Shown here one piece after another: positions 29,921-43,260 of a DNA stretch of 64,000 nt (the stretch's first letter is position 1; every line of letters starts with the position of its first letter). Source of the stretch: Octopus vulgaris (Eukaryota); contig OX597824.1 in the NCBI GenBank assembly GCA_951406725.2, positions 38,750,001 through 38,814,000 of the forward strand, read 5' to 3'. The notes beneath the pieces are model-generated. The model saw nothing but the letters and a program-made list of their open reading frames with translations. It was not told the DNA's origin and did no database searches. The position numbers and the translations under genes are program-made.

Positions 29921-30259
29921 CAAATATATATTTAAAAACATTGTATATTAAAATATATAAGGGTCTACTGAATGAAATGTCTAGTTTTAAAAGCGGTATA
30001 ATAAACACAATGAGAATGGAATTAAGCAAATTTATTGAATTAAAATACTTAATTCCATTATGTTAAATTGTCTTTTGCCAACATGATATTAAATTAGCTA
30101 GTCCTATTTTAATGAAATGATTGTCTTCTGAGATTTTTTAATGCTAAAGTCATTAAACTTACAAGTTTTTGATTGAGACATTTTTTATTAGGTACGCGTA
30201 AAAACAGCTCCAGGCGTTTGAAAAAGGAGCAATCCAATGATGACAACAATTTAATCGCG

Positions 30260-30750
30260 TACAATGGTTAAAGATGGGTACGGCAAAATTTCATAACCTA
30301 ACCCAGTTATTTTTCGAAAAGTGATTTGAAATATGTGATCGTGAGTTGTCGTGCAGTAGAATAAGATTATCTTTGTTAAACAGTTTTGGTTGTTTTAATT
30401 TCAGCTTTCAATTTTCATGATAGTATTGGTTCGCATTTGTTGGTTCCTATTACTGCAAAAAACTGTATACTGTATTATCTCTTTCGTAAAGCACCATGGA
30501 ATCACCATAATTATTTCGGTGAGTGAAGTAGCTCTTTGAGAAAGTTTCCTTCATTAATTATCATGTTAGAATATACATTTCTTAGCTCAAGTAGGAAACG
30601 GCGTAGAAAAGGCTCATTTTCACTGATAAATTGTGATAAACTCACCTCTAGACGCTGCAGTTTCTGGCGTTCAGTAAATTTGCGTGAGATCAATACCTTT
30701 TCATACCAATCCGTCTGAGACCGCCCTTGATTCAACGATACAAACTTCAT
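30260..30750 (-). mobile_element. Highly decayed mariner transposase remnant
   Basis: Minus-strand fragments TERQKLQRLEV...EPFLRR, ILLHDNSRSH (cf. LLHDNARPH) and GLGYEILPYP (cf. LGWEVLPHP) occur in the correct order. Confidence 0.7.
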
Positions 30751-31254
30751 ATTTCAAGTGTATCGAAATTAAAGCTATTCGTTAGAGTTTCATTTTAATT
30801 TATGTTTCAGTCACGAACATAATATGATCAAAATTTGAAGCTTCATTTCTTAAATACATGTATTACGTGTGTCAGTATGTACGTGTGCGCGCATATCAGT
30901 GTTTGTTTTTCACATTAAATCCGGTATTATCGTGATCTGTACTGACTGAAAGGCGTTTTCAGAAAATTTCATCTAAAAATACTAATTTTCCTGAAAGTTA
31001 CAGAGGAAACAGTGTCAACTCACGCGAATTATTCAAAATTCCGCGTTTTTCGAGAAACTTTTCACAACAAATTCCGATGTAATCGGAATCTATAAGTATT
31101 TATAGAAAATTTAATTAAAATATATCCATTTTTTCGGGGGCGGAGGGTTATCAGAGAACAAAGTCGATGGGACGCACTTGCATAGATATGTCAAGAAAGA
31201 TGCTAGAAGCATACTTTGAGATCTAGCTTTCCACAACTTGAAAATGATAATAAT

Positions 31255-31465
31255 GGTTTCAAATTTTGGCACCAGGAAAGAAATTTCAGGGAAGGGGCTA
31301 AGTTGATTATATCGATTCTAGCGCTCAACTGGTATTTATTTTGGCGATCTCGAAAAGAAGAAAAGTAAAGTTCAGCCTTGGCGGAATTTGAACTCGGAAC
31401 TTAAAGACGGACGAATGCTGTTAAGCACTGTGCTCGGCGTGATAACGATTCTGCCAACTTGCCTA
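31255..31465 (-). mobile_element. SINE family A, diverged
   Basis: GGCGGAATTTGAACTC and AACGATTCTGCCA motifs present. Confidence 0.65.
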
Positions 31466-31729
31466 ATAATAACAATTTCTTCCAATTTGAGCACAGGGGA
31501 GGAGTTAGTCGATTACATATATTCCAGCACACAACTGGCAATATACAATATTTTGATATTTTAACGATTCCGGAAAAATAAAAAGGAAAGTTAACCTCCA
31601 CCTGGTTTCAAGCCCAAACTTAAATAGCCGAACCAAAATTTCCAAGACATTTGATGCGCTAACGACTCTCCCAACTCTCCCAATTCGAAGTCCATAATCA
31701 GCGAGATAAATGGAACGAAAACGCGCCGA

Positions 31730-31764
<35 letters not shown>

Positions 31765-32184
31765 GAGTGTGTTGTGTGTGCGCGCGTTTGAGAAACGACC
31801 GAGGGAGAGATGAAGAGCTACAGAAACAGCGCCATAAACAATGAAAGATGAGTGTGGGTGGACGAAATGGTCGGAGGGCAGGAAACGTGATTTAGGAAAT
31901 GTCTTTGGGTAAACAGAAACGGAAAGGGAGAGAAAAGTTTTGATAAAGTCAGAATGATACGAAAAGAAAAAAATGCGTAATGTCAAAGACATGAAAAACG
32001 GAGAAATTGTGGTTCAATGAGAGAGAGAGAAGGAGAGAGAGAGAAGGGGAGGGTGAAGGAGAGAGAGGGATGGAGGGGGAGAGTGTGTGTATGTGCGAGA
32101 GAGAAAGAAGAAGAAAAGGAAGAAAAAGAAAACAGAAAGATGAAGACGAAGTAAGAAAACAAAACTGTGAAGAAAAAAAACGAA

Positions 32185-32560
32185 AAGAAGAAGAAGAAGA
32201 AGAAGAAGAAGAAGAAGAAGAAGAAGAAGAAGAAGAAAAAGAAGAAGAAGAAGAAGAAGAAAAAGAAGAAGAAGAAGAAGAAGAAGAAGAAGAAGAAGAA
32301 GAAGAAGAAGAAGAAGAAGAAGAAGAAGAAGAAGAAGAAGAAGAGGAAAAAGAAGAAGAAGAAGAAGAAGAGGAAGAAAAAGAAGAAGAAGAAGAAGAAG
32401 AAGAGGAAGAAAAAGAAGAAGTGGAAGAAAAAGAAGAGGAAAAAGAAGAAGAAGAAGAAGAGGAAAAAGAAGAAGAAGAAGAAGAATAGGAAGAAGAAGA
32501 AGAAGAAGAAGAAGAAGAAGAAGAAGAAGAAGAAGAAGAAGAAGAAGAAGAAGAAGAAAA
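32185..32560. repeat. (GAA)n polypurine tract (~375 bp)
   Basis: GAA repeats with occasional GAG/AAA variants. Confidence 0.95.
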
Positions 32561-32861
32561 GAGCAAGGAAAGACGGTTGAAAGAGATAGAAAAAAGTCAT
32601 GGAAAGAAACGAACAAAGAAAGAATAAAATGGAAGTCAAACAAAACAAAAACGCTATCAAGTAAATTCATTAGAGGCGTAATCAAAGCTCTGTTGTTGGT
32701 TGGGGTGGAGCGTTATTTAGGCGGGCCAGTTCCCGTCCAAACACCGCAGCTATCGTGCACACATGTGGTCTTTTAAATTAACAAGAATCCTAGATTATCA
32801 CGTGATTCATAACTCTTCAACAACTAGTCCTTACCTAGCTACACCCTCAGCTTTTGTCGCC

Positions 32862-32902
<41 letters not shown>

Positions 32903-32959
32903 ATGTATAAATGTCTATATATATGTCAATAGATATGTATGTGAATGCGTATATATATG

Positions 32960-33069
<110 letters not shown>

Positions 33070-33087
33070 ATGTATATTTATATAATG

Positions 33088-33180
<93 letters not shown>

Positions 33181-33364
33181 CGGTGTCTATCTATCATGTT
33201 TTTTTTTTCACTCGAAACGAGGCTGAGCCGCTCGTAAATTCCGCTATATTAGTCCGACCTCATGCCCTGATTTTTCTTTTCTTTTTATTTTTTGTTAGTT
33301 CATTTTATTGTGCCACCCTCTTACATCCTTTATACATTACGATATTACATTTGCAGAGTTTTAT

Positions 33365-34200
33365 TGGCGCTGGCGCCTGGTACCTAGAATGTCGTTAGGC
33401 GCTCACGACCCTCGGTGGATGTTCCGCTTTAGAAATTTATAGAGAATGAGTGGCAGGGAAGTGCGACGACGTTCTTGGGGAGACTCTGGGCGCCGAGAAG
33501 AACGAACTGGCTAGTCTCATTCCGGAGGACTTTCCGGTCGGGAACTATCATGGATAATTTCCAGGTGTCCTTGGCCTAGCAGTGTTACCGGGTGTCGCTC
33601 CGGTTCGAGATAAAATCTACAGACACGGATGTACTGTCAGACACACTTGTCCGAGTTGTGTGCAGAGTGACGAAACCGTTCTGTACATCCTCGTTCGCTG
33701 TCCGCGCATTGCTGACTTGTGGGGTTATGTTGAACAGCTGCTGTCACGTGTGGGACGGATCCGTCTGTCAGCTGAGTCTAGTGATGATCGTATCTCCGAC
33801 TTCCTTCACTCAGGCAGGCAAGGCAGCTTTCCTTTGCTCGGTGGCTGGGGCGAAAGAAGTTGTTTGGTAGACAAGGCTGAAAGGCATATGAAGACAGGTA
33901 CATTCCTCTTTGGTAGAGCTCTCATTGACTTCTTCAAGTTTCGCTTGAAAAGGAAATTGAGAATGGAGAGGGAAGGGCTGTCCTCGAGTGAGTTTATTGA
34001 AAGGTGAGTGAAAGTTGTAAAAATGGCCAGAGTGGATGGTACCCCTCTAAGTGTAGACTTGTGAGTCGCGGAGAAGGAGCTGGAGAGGGCACGTACCCCT
34101 AGGGCTTTCGGGTAATTTCAGACAATGAGTTTCCTCGATTATTCCTAGAGGCCTTCCTGTATCAGGAGGGCCACATCTCTATCATCCTCCCCACCAGTTT
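33365..34200 (+). mobile_element. L1/Tx1-like LINE 3' fragment (zf-RVT region), degenerate
   Basis: PVRDKIYRHG...TCPSCVQSDETVLYILVRCPRIADLW resembles the C-terminal CCHC/zf-RVT of L1/Tx1 ORF2. Frameshifted and GC-richer than its flanks. Confidence 0.7.
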
Positions 34201-34695
34201 TTTAGCATTTACCTTTGTGGCAAATACATGAAATCATTACGTGTACGTACGTATGTATGTATGTATGTATGTATGTATGTATGTATGTATGTATGTATGT
34301 ATGTATGTATGTATGTATGCATGCATGCATGTATGTTTATCAATGATTAATCCCTACTGAACAATCTCTTTTAAATAATTTTACGTTAACTTTGTATATA
34401 ATGAGTGTTTTCCTTGTTTCTTAATAAATAAAGAAAGAATTAAATAATGGAAGCTCAAACGTGGCCACTACCAAGTCTTTGGAGGATATGATAATCTACC
34501 TTTTGATTGAGGTGGTACATAAGCAAAATCATCATAGTATTCTTAGATAAAATACTTAGTTGTATTTGCTCCAAATCATGCCATTCCTTATCAATAATAT
34601 ACTGTAGAGAGAGTTTACGAAAGAAACAAAAGACGAAGACAGGTGGTGTACAAAACAAACAGATGTATTAGTATAACTCTCAGAAATAGAAAAAA

Positions 34696-34737
34696 GTCTT
34701 TTACGTTTCGAGCCAATGCTCTTCTACAGAAAGGGAC
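34696..34737 (-). ncRNA. Minimal type I hammerhead-like motif (core variant CTGTAGA) inside a short repeat at about 34605-34820
   Basis: Minus strand reads CTTT-CTGTAGA-A-GAGC-ATTG-GCTC-GAAAC-GTA-AAAG: perfect stem II, ACGT palindrome, stem I CTTT/AAAG. Confidence 0.55.
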
Positions 34738-35677
34738 ACAGAAAAAACAAGGAGAGAAAAAAGGAGAGTAAAAAAAAAGAGAGAAAAATATGTGTGTAGT
34801 GGCTAACGATCTATCATGGCGAATATCTAGAGCGGTGAATTAGCGTGTTTGTTAGAACGAGGAACAAAATACGTAGTTGCATTTTGTCCCAGTTGTTTGT
34901 GTTCTGAGTTTTCCTGTGACGAGACCTGTGCCAAGCTTTATAGACACTTGACTAAGTCATTTATAAGAAAGACGCATATGCACATCATCACAAACATATA
35001 TGTGTGCATGTATGTGTGTGTTTAACATAGATCGGTTGAGGTTCGCAACACCTGTTTCAGACGTGTTCTTTATTGAAGAACAAAACAATTACATCATTAA
35101 AAAAACCGTTTTCTTCAGGTAAATCATATGTAAAATTTAACGTTGAGGATTTTTCACGCAAATAGCATATAATGCGTATTGACCCTCTCATTTTGGTTAC
35201 ATTACAAGCAAGACCAGGTATATAATGAACTGTAGTTTATTAAGCTAGTTCAACACCATGGTGAAGAAATAATACAAAAATAGATGCAAAATATATTTTG
35301 TCTTATTAATAAAAAGCGGAAACAACCCCGCCCCCAAGCAAACAAGAAATAATTCACTAGATATTTTTGGGCAGGGAACATTAGTGTTTATGAATTGGAG
35401 AATCGTTGTTCTGTATTAATCAACCAATATAACGATGCATTTCGCTTAATATTTCAAGTATGTTTATCGATTTAATCAACCCAATGTTTGGTTTCGGCAA
35501 GACATACGCTTAATAACCTATGGCTTTTTTTTATTTCTTAGAAAACAGGAACGAATTGCTTAACTGGATTTTTGACGATGAATCAGTTTATAAAAAGGAA
35601 AATACACAAATAAATAGATAGAAAAGTAAATAAACAAGCTACGACCTTCGACTTGTTTGAAAATATACAGTAATAAT

Positions 35678-35721
<44 letters not shown>

Positions 35722-36389
35722 GCGTTTGACCAAGCACTAAGTCTTTTAAGGAAGCGGATAATTATATAAGCGAGCTATGAGAGATAAAGAGAACCTGAAT
35801 TCGTCATACTTAGGATCGGATATATGGGGCTACTGTTATGTACAGATTCTGTGGAAAACATGGTTATGGAAGAAGATAATTTGCTCAAGATGTCATAGAG
35901 AAGAATCGACCTGAAACCATATGGCTGCAAAGCGAACTCTGTAATGCATTCATCATTACTTACATGCATTCATAAATTTTTATAGTAATTGAGAGCTGAA
36001 GTAGCAGTTTGAACCAAATCCTAAATTTTACTGATACTTATATTTGAAGGTAACTGATACTCATAAAATACTGGTATTATTGTTACAAAACTTTCACGAC
36101 TGACATAAATAACAGCCAGCAACCATTTACAAAAATACAAAAATAAAGGACATATTTAGTCTGAGATAAACTATGTGTGAAAACATATGTTATGGCCAGA
36201 ATATTTTTGAAATTTAGCGATATTTATTAAGGATTGACCGAAGACCAAACGACTACGATGGCAAAATGTGTTGCGACAGATAGAAATCGCGGCCAGCAAC
36301 CCCCTTTAAAAAAAACAAAAAAAACTCTAAGGACATATTTTAGTCAGGAATAAATCATGTTGAAAATATGTGATGTTCTTATATATAGA

Positions 36390-36653
<264 letters not shown>

Positions 36654-36658
36654 ATATA

Positions 36659-37080
36659 CGTGGCCTAATCAATAAGTATCCGGACCGTCGCTATAGTAAC
36701 GAAGCTAAAGCACAGAGGGTAAAGCCGCTTAGCACAAATTGACCTTGAACTCTGTTATGCATGCACAGTAAGTTTTAACGTCCTAGCGCACTCCCGCTGT
36801 TTACAGCGGTGCTTGGAAAGAAAGTGTGTAGCGAGTGATTGTCGCATTGACCGTGGCAGAGAAAGGTGAGCAGAGAATCTGCATTAAATTTTGCCAAAAG
36901 CTTGACGATACCTACGCTAAGAGGCCTACGCAAAGTTTTCAAAGAGTTTTCATCGTTCTCGACACAATCAAGGAGATCTTGTGCAACTGAAACCCGAGTG
37001 TCTTTTTCGTTAGCTGAAAGCAGTTTTGGCACAAACATGGCATACACGCATTTCATACCAAAATCTTCAACGATAATGAG
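36659..37080. mobile_element. Mariner fragment with internal inversion
   Basis: TA then TIR-like CGTGGCCTAATCAATAAGTATCCGGAC. The + strand encodes EQRICIKFCQKL (mariner N-terminal HTH). From about 36935 the - strand encodes FGMKCVYAMFVPKLLS...RVSVAQDLL (WVPHEL-linker equivalent). Confidence 0.8.
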
Positions 37081-37482
37081 TATGTGTTTGTTTTTGTGTG
37101 TGTATTTTTACTCGTTGATTCAAAATATGTCGTTTTCTGAACCATTGCCTGGAACTCGCGACCATTTCGTATCTTATCCTTTTTTTTTTTTACCAAGGAT
37201 ACAATCATTCTATATATCAGTTTTAATGAGACTTGAGAAAAATTAACTGTTTTTTATTGCCATTTGAACAGCCACTTATATAGACTTCCTTCTTTGTTTT
37301 TCGACGTGTTGTAAGAAGCAATTAAAATACAACAAAAACTAGCGTCCGTAGTGGAGGTCGACACAGTTTTTAGTGAGAACTTGCATATCGGTAGATGATT
37401 ATTTCATCAGCTTGTCAGTACATATCTAATTACAAAAATAACCGTTTCGGAGACTTGGTCATATCTTCGTTGTTGTAATTGA

Positions 37483-37920
37483 CATATGATTGATGCTCGG
37501 AGAGCCGACATAGTGGTAGTTGACACAAGATTCAGTAATTGATGTTCGGGAGACCAGACGTTGTTGTAGTTGAGGAAATGATGAAGGAAACCAAGATCAT
37601 AGGCATTACCATACCTGGGGATGTATGAGTGGATGACAAAGAACTGGAAAGAGTTGAATAGTACAAGCCACTAAAAGATGAGAATGATTGTAGGCAATGA
37701 ATAAAGTAACTGTCATCTAAAGTAGTTCTTTGAGCATTAAAAACCAGATTTGAAAAATTTGTTGGAGAAATTGGGATTGACATGAGGGTAGAACATACAA
37801 AATGCTCTATTGGGTGCAGCGAAGAGTTTGAGATTGGAACTTCGATGTTAAATATCGTGGAAAGCGATCCTGTGAAATCCTTGACAAGTTGTCCCCTCAG
37901 AGAGAATTAGCCGGAGCAAG
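37483..37920 (+). mobile_element. REL-endonuclease LINE 3' fragment
   Basis: RRADIVVVD / RPDVVVVE (locally duplicated) and IIGITIPGDV..DDKELE.VE.YKPLKDE. The 3' end runs into (TAA)n at about 37925. Confidence 0.7.
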
Positions 37921-37945
37921 TGAAATAATAATAATAATAATAATC

Positions 37946-37990
<45 letters not shown>

Positions 37991-38038
37991 TCAACAACAA
38001 CCACAACAACAGCAACAACAACAACAATACTAATAATG

Positions 38039-38070
<32 letters not shown>

Positions 38071-38316
38071 AATAATATAGATGAAAAAGTATAGAAAACA
38101 TAACTGACAACCAATATTACATCTCATCACACCCAGATCTGAGACAAGTCATGTTCTACGTAACTGCTCGCCAATAATATAATACAATCCACACAATACT
38201 ATTCTAAACATCTTATCTTGGCCGTCGCAAGTAGATGTTGATTATAACTTGGTAACAAGAGCCGTTTAGGATACATGCATGTAAATACACAAAAACAGAC
38301 AACACACACAGCACAT

Positions 38317-38385
<69 letters not shown>

Positions 38386-38898
38386 TATATAAGTGCGAGT
38401 AGGTGAACAAACGATAGAAAGTGGCACTCAGCAGATTTGGTAGGCAGAGGCTGTGCAGTTAAGAAGCTGGCTTCTCAACGACTTGATTCAGAGCTCAGTC
38501 TTGATGCCTGGCAAACCAATACCTGCGAATGGATTTAGTGAATGTAAATACGTATGCGCGTGCGTGAGTTGGTATTTGTTTCGACATCGCATGATTGTTG
38601 TAAACGAGTTCCACGGTCATAAAAGCTAGGTTGTTCGTCTCCAATCTTCTGTAAAACACGTCTCAATATTGCTTTCTTTGGAAACAAGTGAAGATTGTCA
38701 ACATAAGAGCACCCAGCCGTAGAAAATCTGTCTCAACTATTTCCGTTCAAGCCAAGTGAGCACGTATTAGTTATTTAGTCATCTAATTATTTCATAGCCA
38801 GTGCGAAACCGATTGACAAAAACCGGCTGAAATGGATCGATAAAATTGTATAAGTTGACTAATATCTCCACTCAACTGACAAATATACGAGTGCATAT

Positions 38899-38941
<43 letters not shown>

Positions 38942-38952
38942 CACACACACAA

Positions 38953-38990
<38 letters not shown>

Positions 38991-39039
38991 GTACATATCG
39001 AAATGTTTACACAATAAATATTATACACATTATATACAT

Positions 39040-39093
<54 letters not shown>

Positions 39094-39097
39094 TATA

Positions 39098-39971
39098 CAG
39101 GTGCGAATGGGTAAATTGGCGACATTTTATATTTTTGATTTCGCGCATGCGCATTGGTTGTTTTTGATGTTGTCCGCTACACAGTATAGTAGGGTCAGCT
39201 GGGTACCGTCTGTGAGAAATACAGCGCCATGACGCAATTCACTCTGCCAGAAAGTTCGAAACGACATACTGTACTGCTTGGCATTCGTGTCGGAAGTTCC
39301 AATGTGAACATTTCAGAGTGCCTGGGTGTCAATCTAAGGACAGTGCAATGTGAGGCCGGGTACGAGAGTGATAAAAATGAAGCACCCAGTCAATATCATG
39401 GTGTTTCAAGTGATCACTAGTGATGGCGAAGTTATACCTCCATTCATCTTCCCACACGGCCTCAGACTCAACACGGAGGCCTGCATCAAGTGCCAGGAGG
39501 AGGTAGTGCAGCCCTGGGTCAAAAGAGTGACTAATGGAACACTCTATGTCTGACAACAGGACTCTGCTCCATGCCACACAAGCAAGAGAACCCATTCATG
39601 TCTGTTAGATAATGTCTGCGACCATATCACCCCTAACATCTGGTCACCTAGCTACCCAGTCTGCAACCCGCCTTGATTATTATGTGTGGGGCCCAGTTGA
39701 GCGAGAGACCAACAAAACTCCTTGCAGCAGCAAGATGAACTGAAAGCAGGAATTATGGTAGCAAAGATTAAACAAGGAGACTGTACAGAAGATTTCAAAG
39801 TCGTCTGAAGGCCATAGTTGAAGCCAATGGCGATTTTATTGAATAAATTTATTCTTTAGTATTTCAAGAGATTTTTATGTAATTTTCGTAAATATATCTT
39901 AAAATGCGATGTCAGTGTTACTTTCAATTTTGCGCAATTTAGACGAGTTTATTCACCGCTCTCCCTCTCTG
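39098..39971 (+). mobile_element. Decayed, internally deleted Tc1/mariner-superfamily transposon, DD37D (maT-like)
   Basis: TA-CAG...CTG-TA ends. Frames give KHPVNIMVFQVITSDGEVIPPFIFPHGLRLNT and QQDSAPCHTS...IWSPSYPVCNP.DYYVWG, with about 37 residues between the second and third D across one frameshift. Stops and frameshifts present; TIR similarity is weak. Confidence 0.8.
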
Positions 39972-39973
39972 TA

Positions 39974-40038
<65 letters not shown>

Positions 40039-40766
40039 ACATATATATTTATATATATATTTATATGTGTGTGTGTGAGTGTGTGTAAAGGTAAAATCCA
40101 ATTTACCTTTACATATAATTTACTTCTGACGTTCCACTAGCTATGGTTTTATCTACTCCATTCCCTAATTCGCATATACAACAACACCTGTTGCTAACCG
40201 TGAACTATATATATTCTTATATTCCTTATATTGCTGCGGTGATACTGGAGCACCTCCGTGAATTATACCATTTTCACAGTCCTCTTATATGATTGACTTT
40301 TTTCTATACGGTGGGATTTCATATCATCACTGCTGCATATGATTTCTTCTCAGTTTTGGGCTGATTTGCTAAACGAGAGAGTTTGTCACTGCCGCTCTCA
40401 TCTGTACTGCATACCTTGGCTTGTCTAGTATCGTGGATACGAGAATATCCAATCCCTTTTTGAAGACATCTACATCCCCATTATGTAGGTTTCTTAACTA
40501 TTTTGGCAGAACTTGGAAGAGCTGTGGACCTTTGAGCCCTAAGCTATTTCAGTATCTGTTACTTACTTTAGATGGAACGGACGGTACCTTTAAAATTCCG
40601 CATTGGCGTCGAGTACGAGCATTTGCATAACTCTTGATGACGAGTTAGGTACGAGCTTTATGAGAATTTTCCGCATGTAAATTATTATATATTACTGACA
40701 TCTATATGATAGTGTATATGCGTGTAAGTCTCTGAGTTTGTGTCGGTATGCATGCCCATAAAGTGA

Positions 40767-40847
<81 letters not shown>

Positions 40848-40865
40848 TGTGTGAGTAAGACGATA

Positions 40866-41815
40866 CATGAATATGCTAGCAGAAAGATCCGGAATGGTAG
40901 TAACATTGGTATCATGGACCAATAACTCCCACTTTGAAGGGTATGTGTTTGCTATCCTCAAACAGGAAGTATCAACCAAATATCTGATGAACAAATGGGG
41001 CAGAGACGCAGGAAAAACACCAAAATGTGATAACCGATGCAAACTTTGCGGAGTTTACACCGAAGATATCACCCACATCATAAGCAATTGTCCGAAAACG
41101 TCATCGTGGTTTTTTCTATCGATGAGACATGATATACATAAGACACTGTATAATGAGATCTGTCGAAGGGATAACTCCGAGGCCAAAGAAATAAGAACCA
41201 CAGTCTGGTAGAAGTCATAATAGGGAGTAAAAACCCCAATAAAATGTAAACATAACAGACCTAACAAACGCATTTAGGACAGAATGGAGAAATTCTGTAC
41301 AGATTCGGAAATCAGCGGCCCAGCGGATGCTAACATAAAGCGAAAGATCAGAGAAAAAGAGAATACCTACACTAAAATACTGAGAAAACTACAGTTACTC
41401 TACCCAGATTACAAGTTCAGGTGTATACCTGTAATTATTGACGCAATGGGATATGTAACACACTGCCTAAATATCAATCTTGAGAAATTAGGCTTCTCAA
41501 AACCAGAACGTAGAAAGCTGATATGAAGGCTACAGATCCAAGCCATCAATGGAACTGTAAAAATCTGTAAAACTTTCCAAGTGTTTATCATTTAAATATA
41601 TACACGCATGTCTAGACGTGCAAATATATGCATGCATAAAACATAATTATACAACTCTGCACATGCACTGACTCCAAATATTGCACATATACACACATGC
41701 ATGCAATAATACTCTGTTGATATTGTTGAAATTCCAATGAAGGAGTCTTGGATCTATGTTAGAAACCGGCTTTTTTCTCTATTGGCAAGAAATTTTGAAA
41801 TAAGATTAAATAGTG
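40866..41815 (+). mobile_element. REL-endonuclease LINE 3' fragment (R4/Dong-like) with 3' UTR
   Basis: FAILKQEVSTK...RCKLCGVYTEDITHIISNCP...RHD, HNRP, EISGPAD..IKRKIREKENTY, IPVIIDAMG: CCHC knuckle plus a PD..D/E..K-type domain, with stops and frameshifts. A 3' UTR piece recurs at about 29025-29100. Confidence 0.8.
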
Positions 41816-41975
41816 ACATACATACATATATATATACACTCACATACACAAACAGAAAAACACACAAATGGACAAACACATAAAGAGATACACGCAGACA
41901 GATACAAACACATATATATGAATGTATGTGTGTGTGTTTGTGGGTGTGTATATATATATATGTATGTACGTGTGC

Positions 41976-42016
<41 letters not shown>

Positions 42017-42979
42017 TACACACACATATATGTATGAAAGTATGTATATATATATGTGTGTATATATGGATATTTCCTCGTGTTTCAAGATTATTTATTT
42101 ATCCATTCAATTTTTCTTATAATTTGCTGACTTTGAAGTCTGAAGAAACTATTAAGTAAAGAGTTAGAAGTCTGAGTCGTCATGTGGTTCTGATCAAGAC
42201 AGGAGAGAGAGGAAGAAAGAGAGGTAGAGAGAGGAGAAAAAACAGAGGGAGAACGAGGGAGAATATGTGTGTGTATGAGAGAGAGAGAGAGAGAGAGGAG
42301 GGAAGAGAAAGAGAGAAACCTCCTTATGTTATTCTACAACTTATTCTTGCCGACCGACAATTAACTCGGTGCGCCGTCCAACTGCTTACATGTGGTTTCA
42401 CAGTGTCTTGATGACGATAACGATAATAAAGTGTCCTCGTTCTCGTTATCGCTGTTATTGTTGTGGTTCTTGCTTAGCCCCAGGTCAGCCCTGATTGAGA
42501 AAACGCAAGATCAAAGTTATTCTATACATAAGAATACGGTATTTGTTTAGTGTAGTTTGGGTTAAAAAAACTCTCCCACTAAAAAAAAAAATAACTCGTA
42601 ACGCGCATCTAAGAGCTTCTATGCGTTTGTTCATTTACCACATGTTATTATATCTCAAGGTATACATGCAAAAATTCTCTCTGATACCATTAAAGCCTGT
42701 TGACTTCTGTCAGCGTGTTACATTATTATGAAGTATACCACACACACACACACACTCACACACACACACTCACACACACATATATATATATATACACATA
42801 TACATACATATACATATATACATATACATATATATATATATGTATATATGTGTGGATATCTATACATACATACATACATACATACATACATACATACATA
42901 CATACATACATACATACATGAATACATACACACACGCACACATACATACACACCTGCACACATAATTACATATATACAT

Positions 42980-43260
42980 AATGGGTAGGGTGTTGCACTC
43001 GCGATCAAGCGATCGTGATTTCAATTCCTAGAGCGGAGTGGGGTGTGCTGTGTTCTTCAGCAAAACACTTCATGTCACGCTGCTCTGCGATCACTTCGAT
43101 ACCTGTCGCATTGTACACAGTGCACCTGTTCAGATAACATCGATTTGATTGAGAAAGGGAATTAGTGTGCGGCACGAATATTCGATCACTATAAACAAAT
43201 CATTTGTGTAGGTCGTTCGGCAAAAGCTGATACGTCGTTTTCGAAGAAGAGAGTCCTTCA
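42980..43260 (+). mobile_element. tRNA-derived SINE; paralog of 1695-1995
   Basis: Shared CGATCACTTCGA...GTGCACCTGTTCAGATAACATCGATTTGATTGAG. Confidence 0.8.

Noticed and set aside
30511-30750. 79-aa ORF as a host exon
   Set aside because: It is colinear with downstream mariner motifs and is therefore transposase debris.
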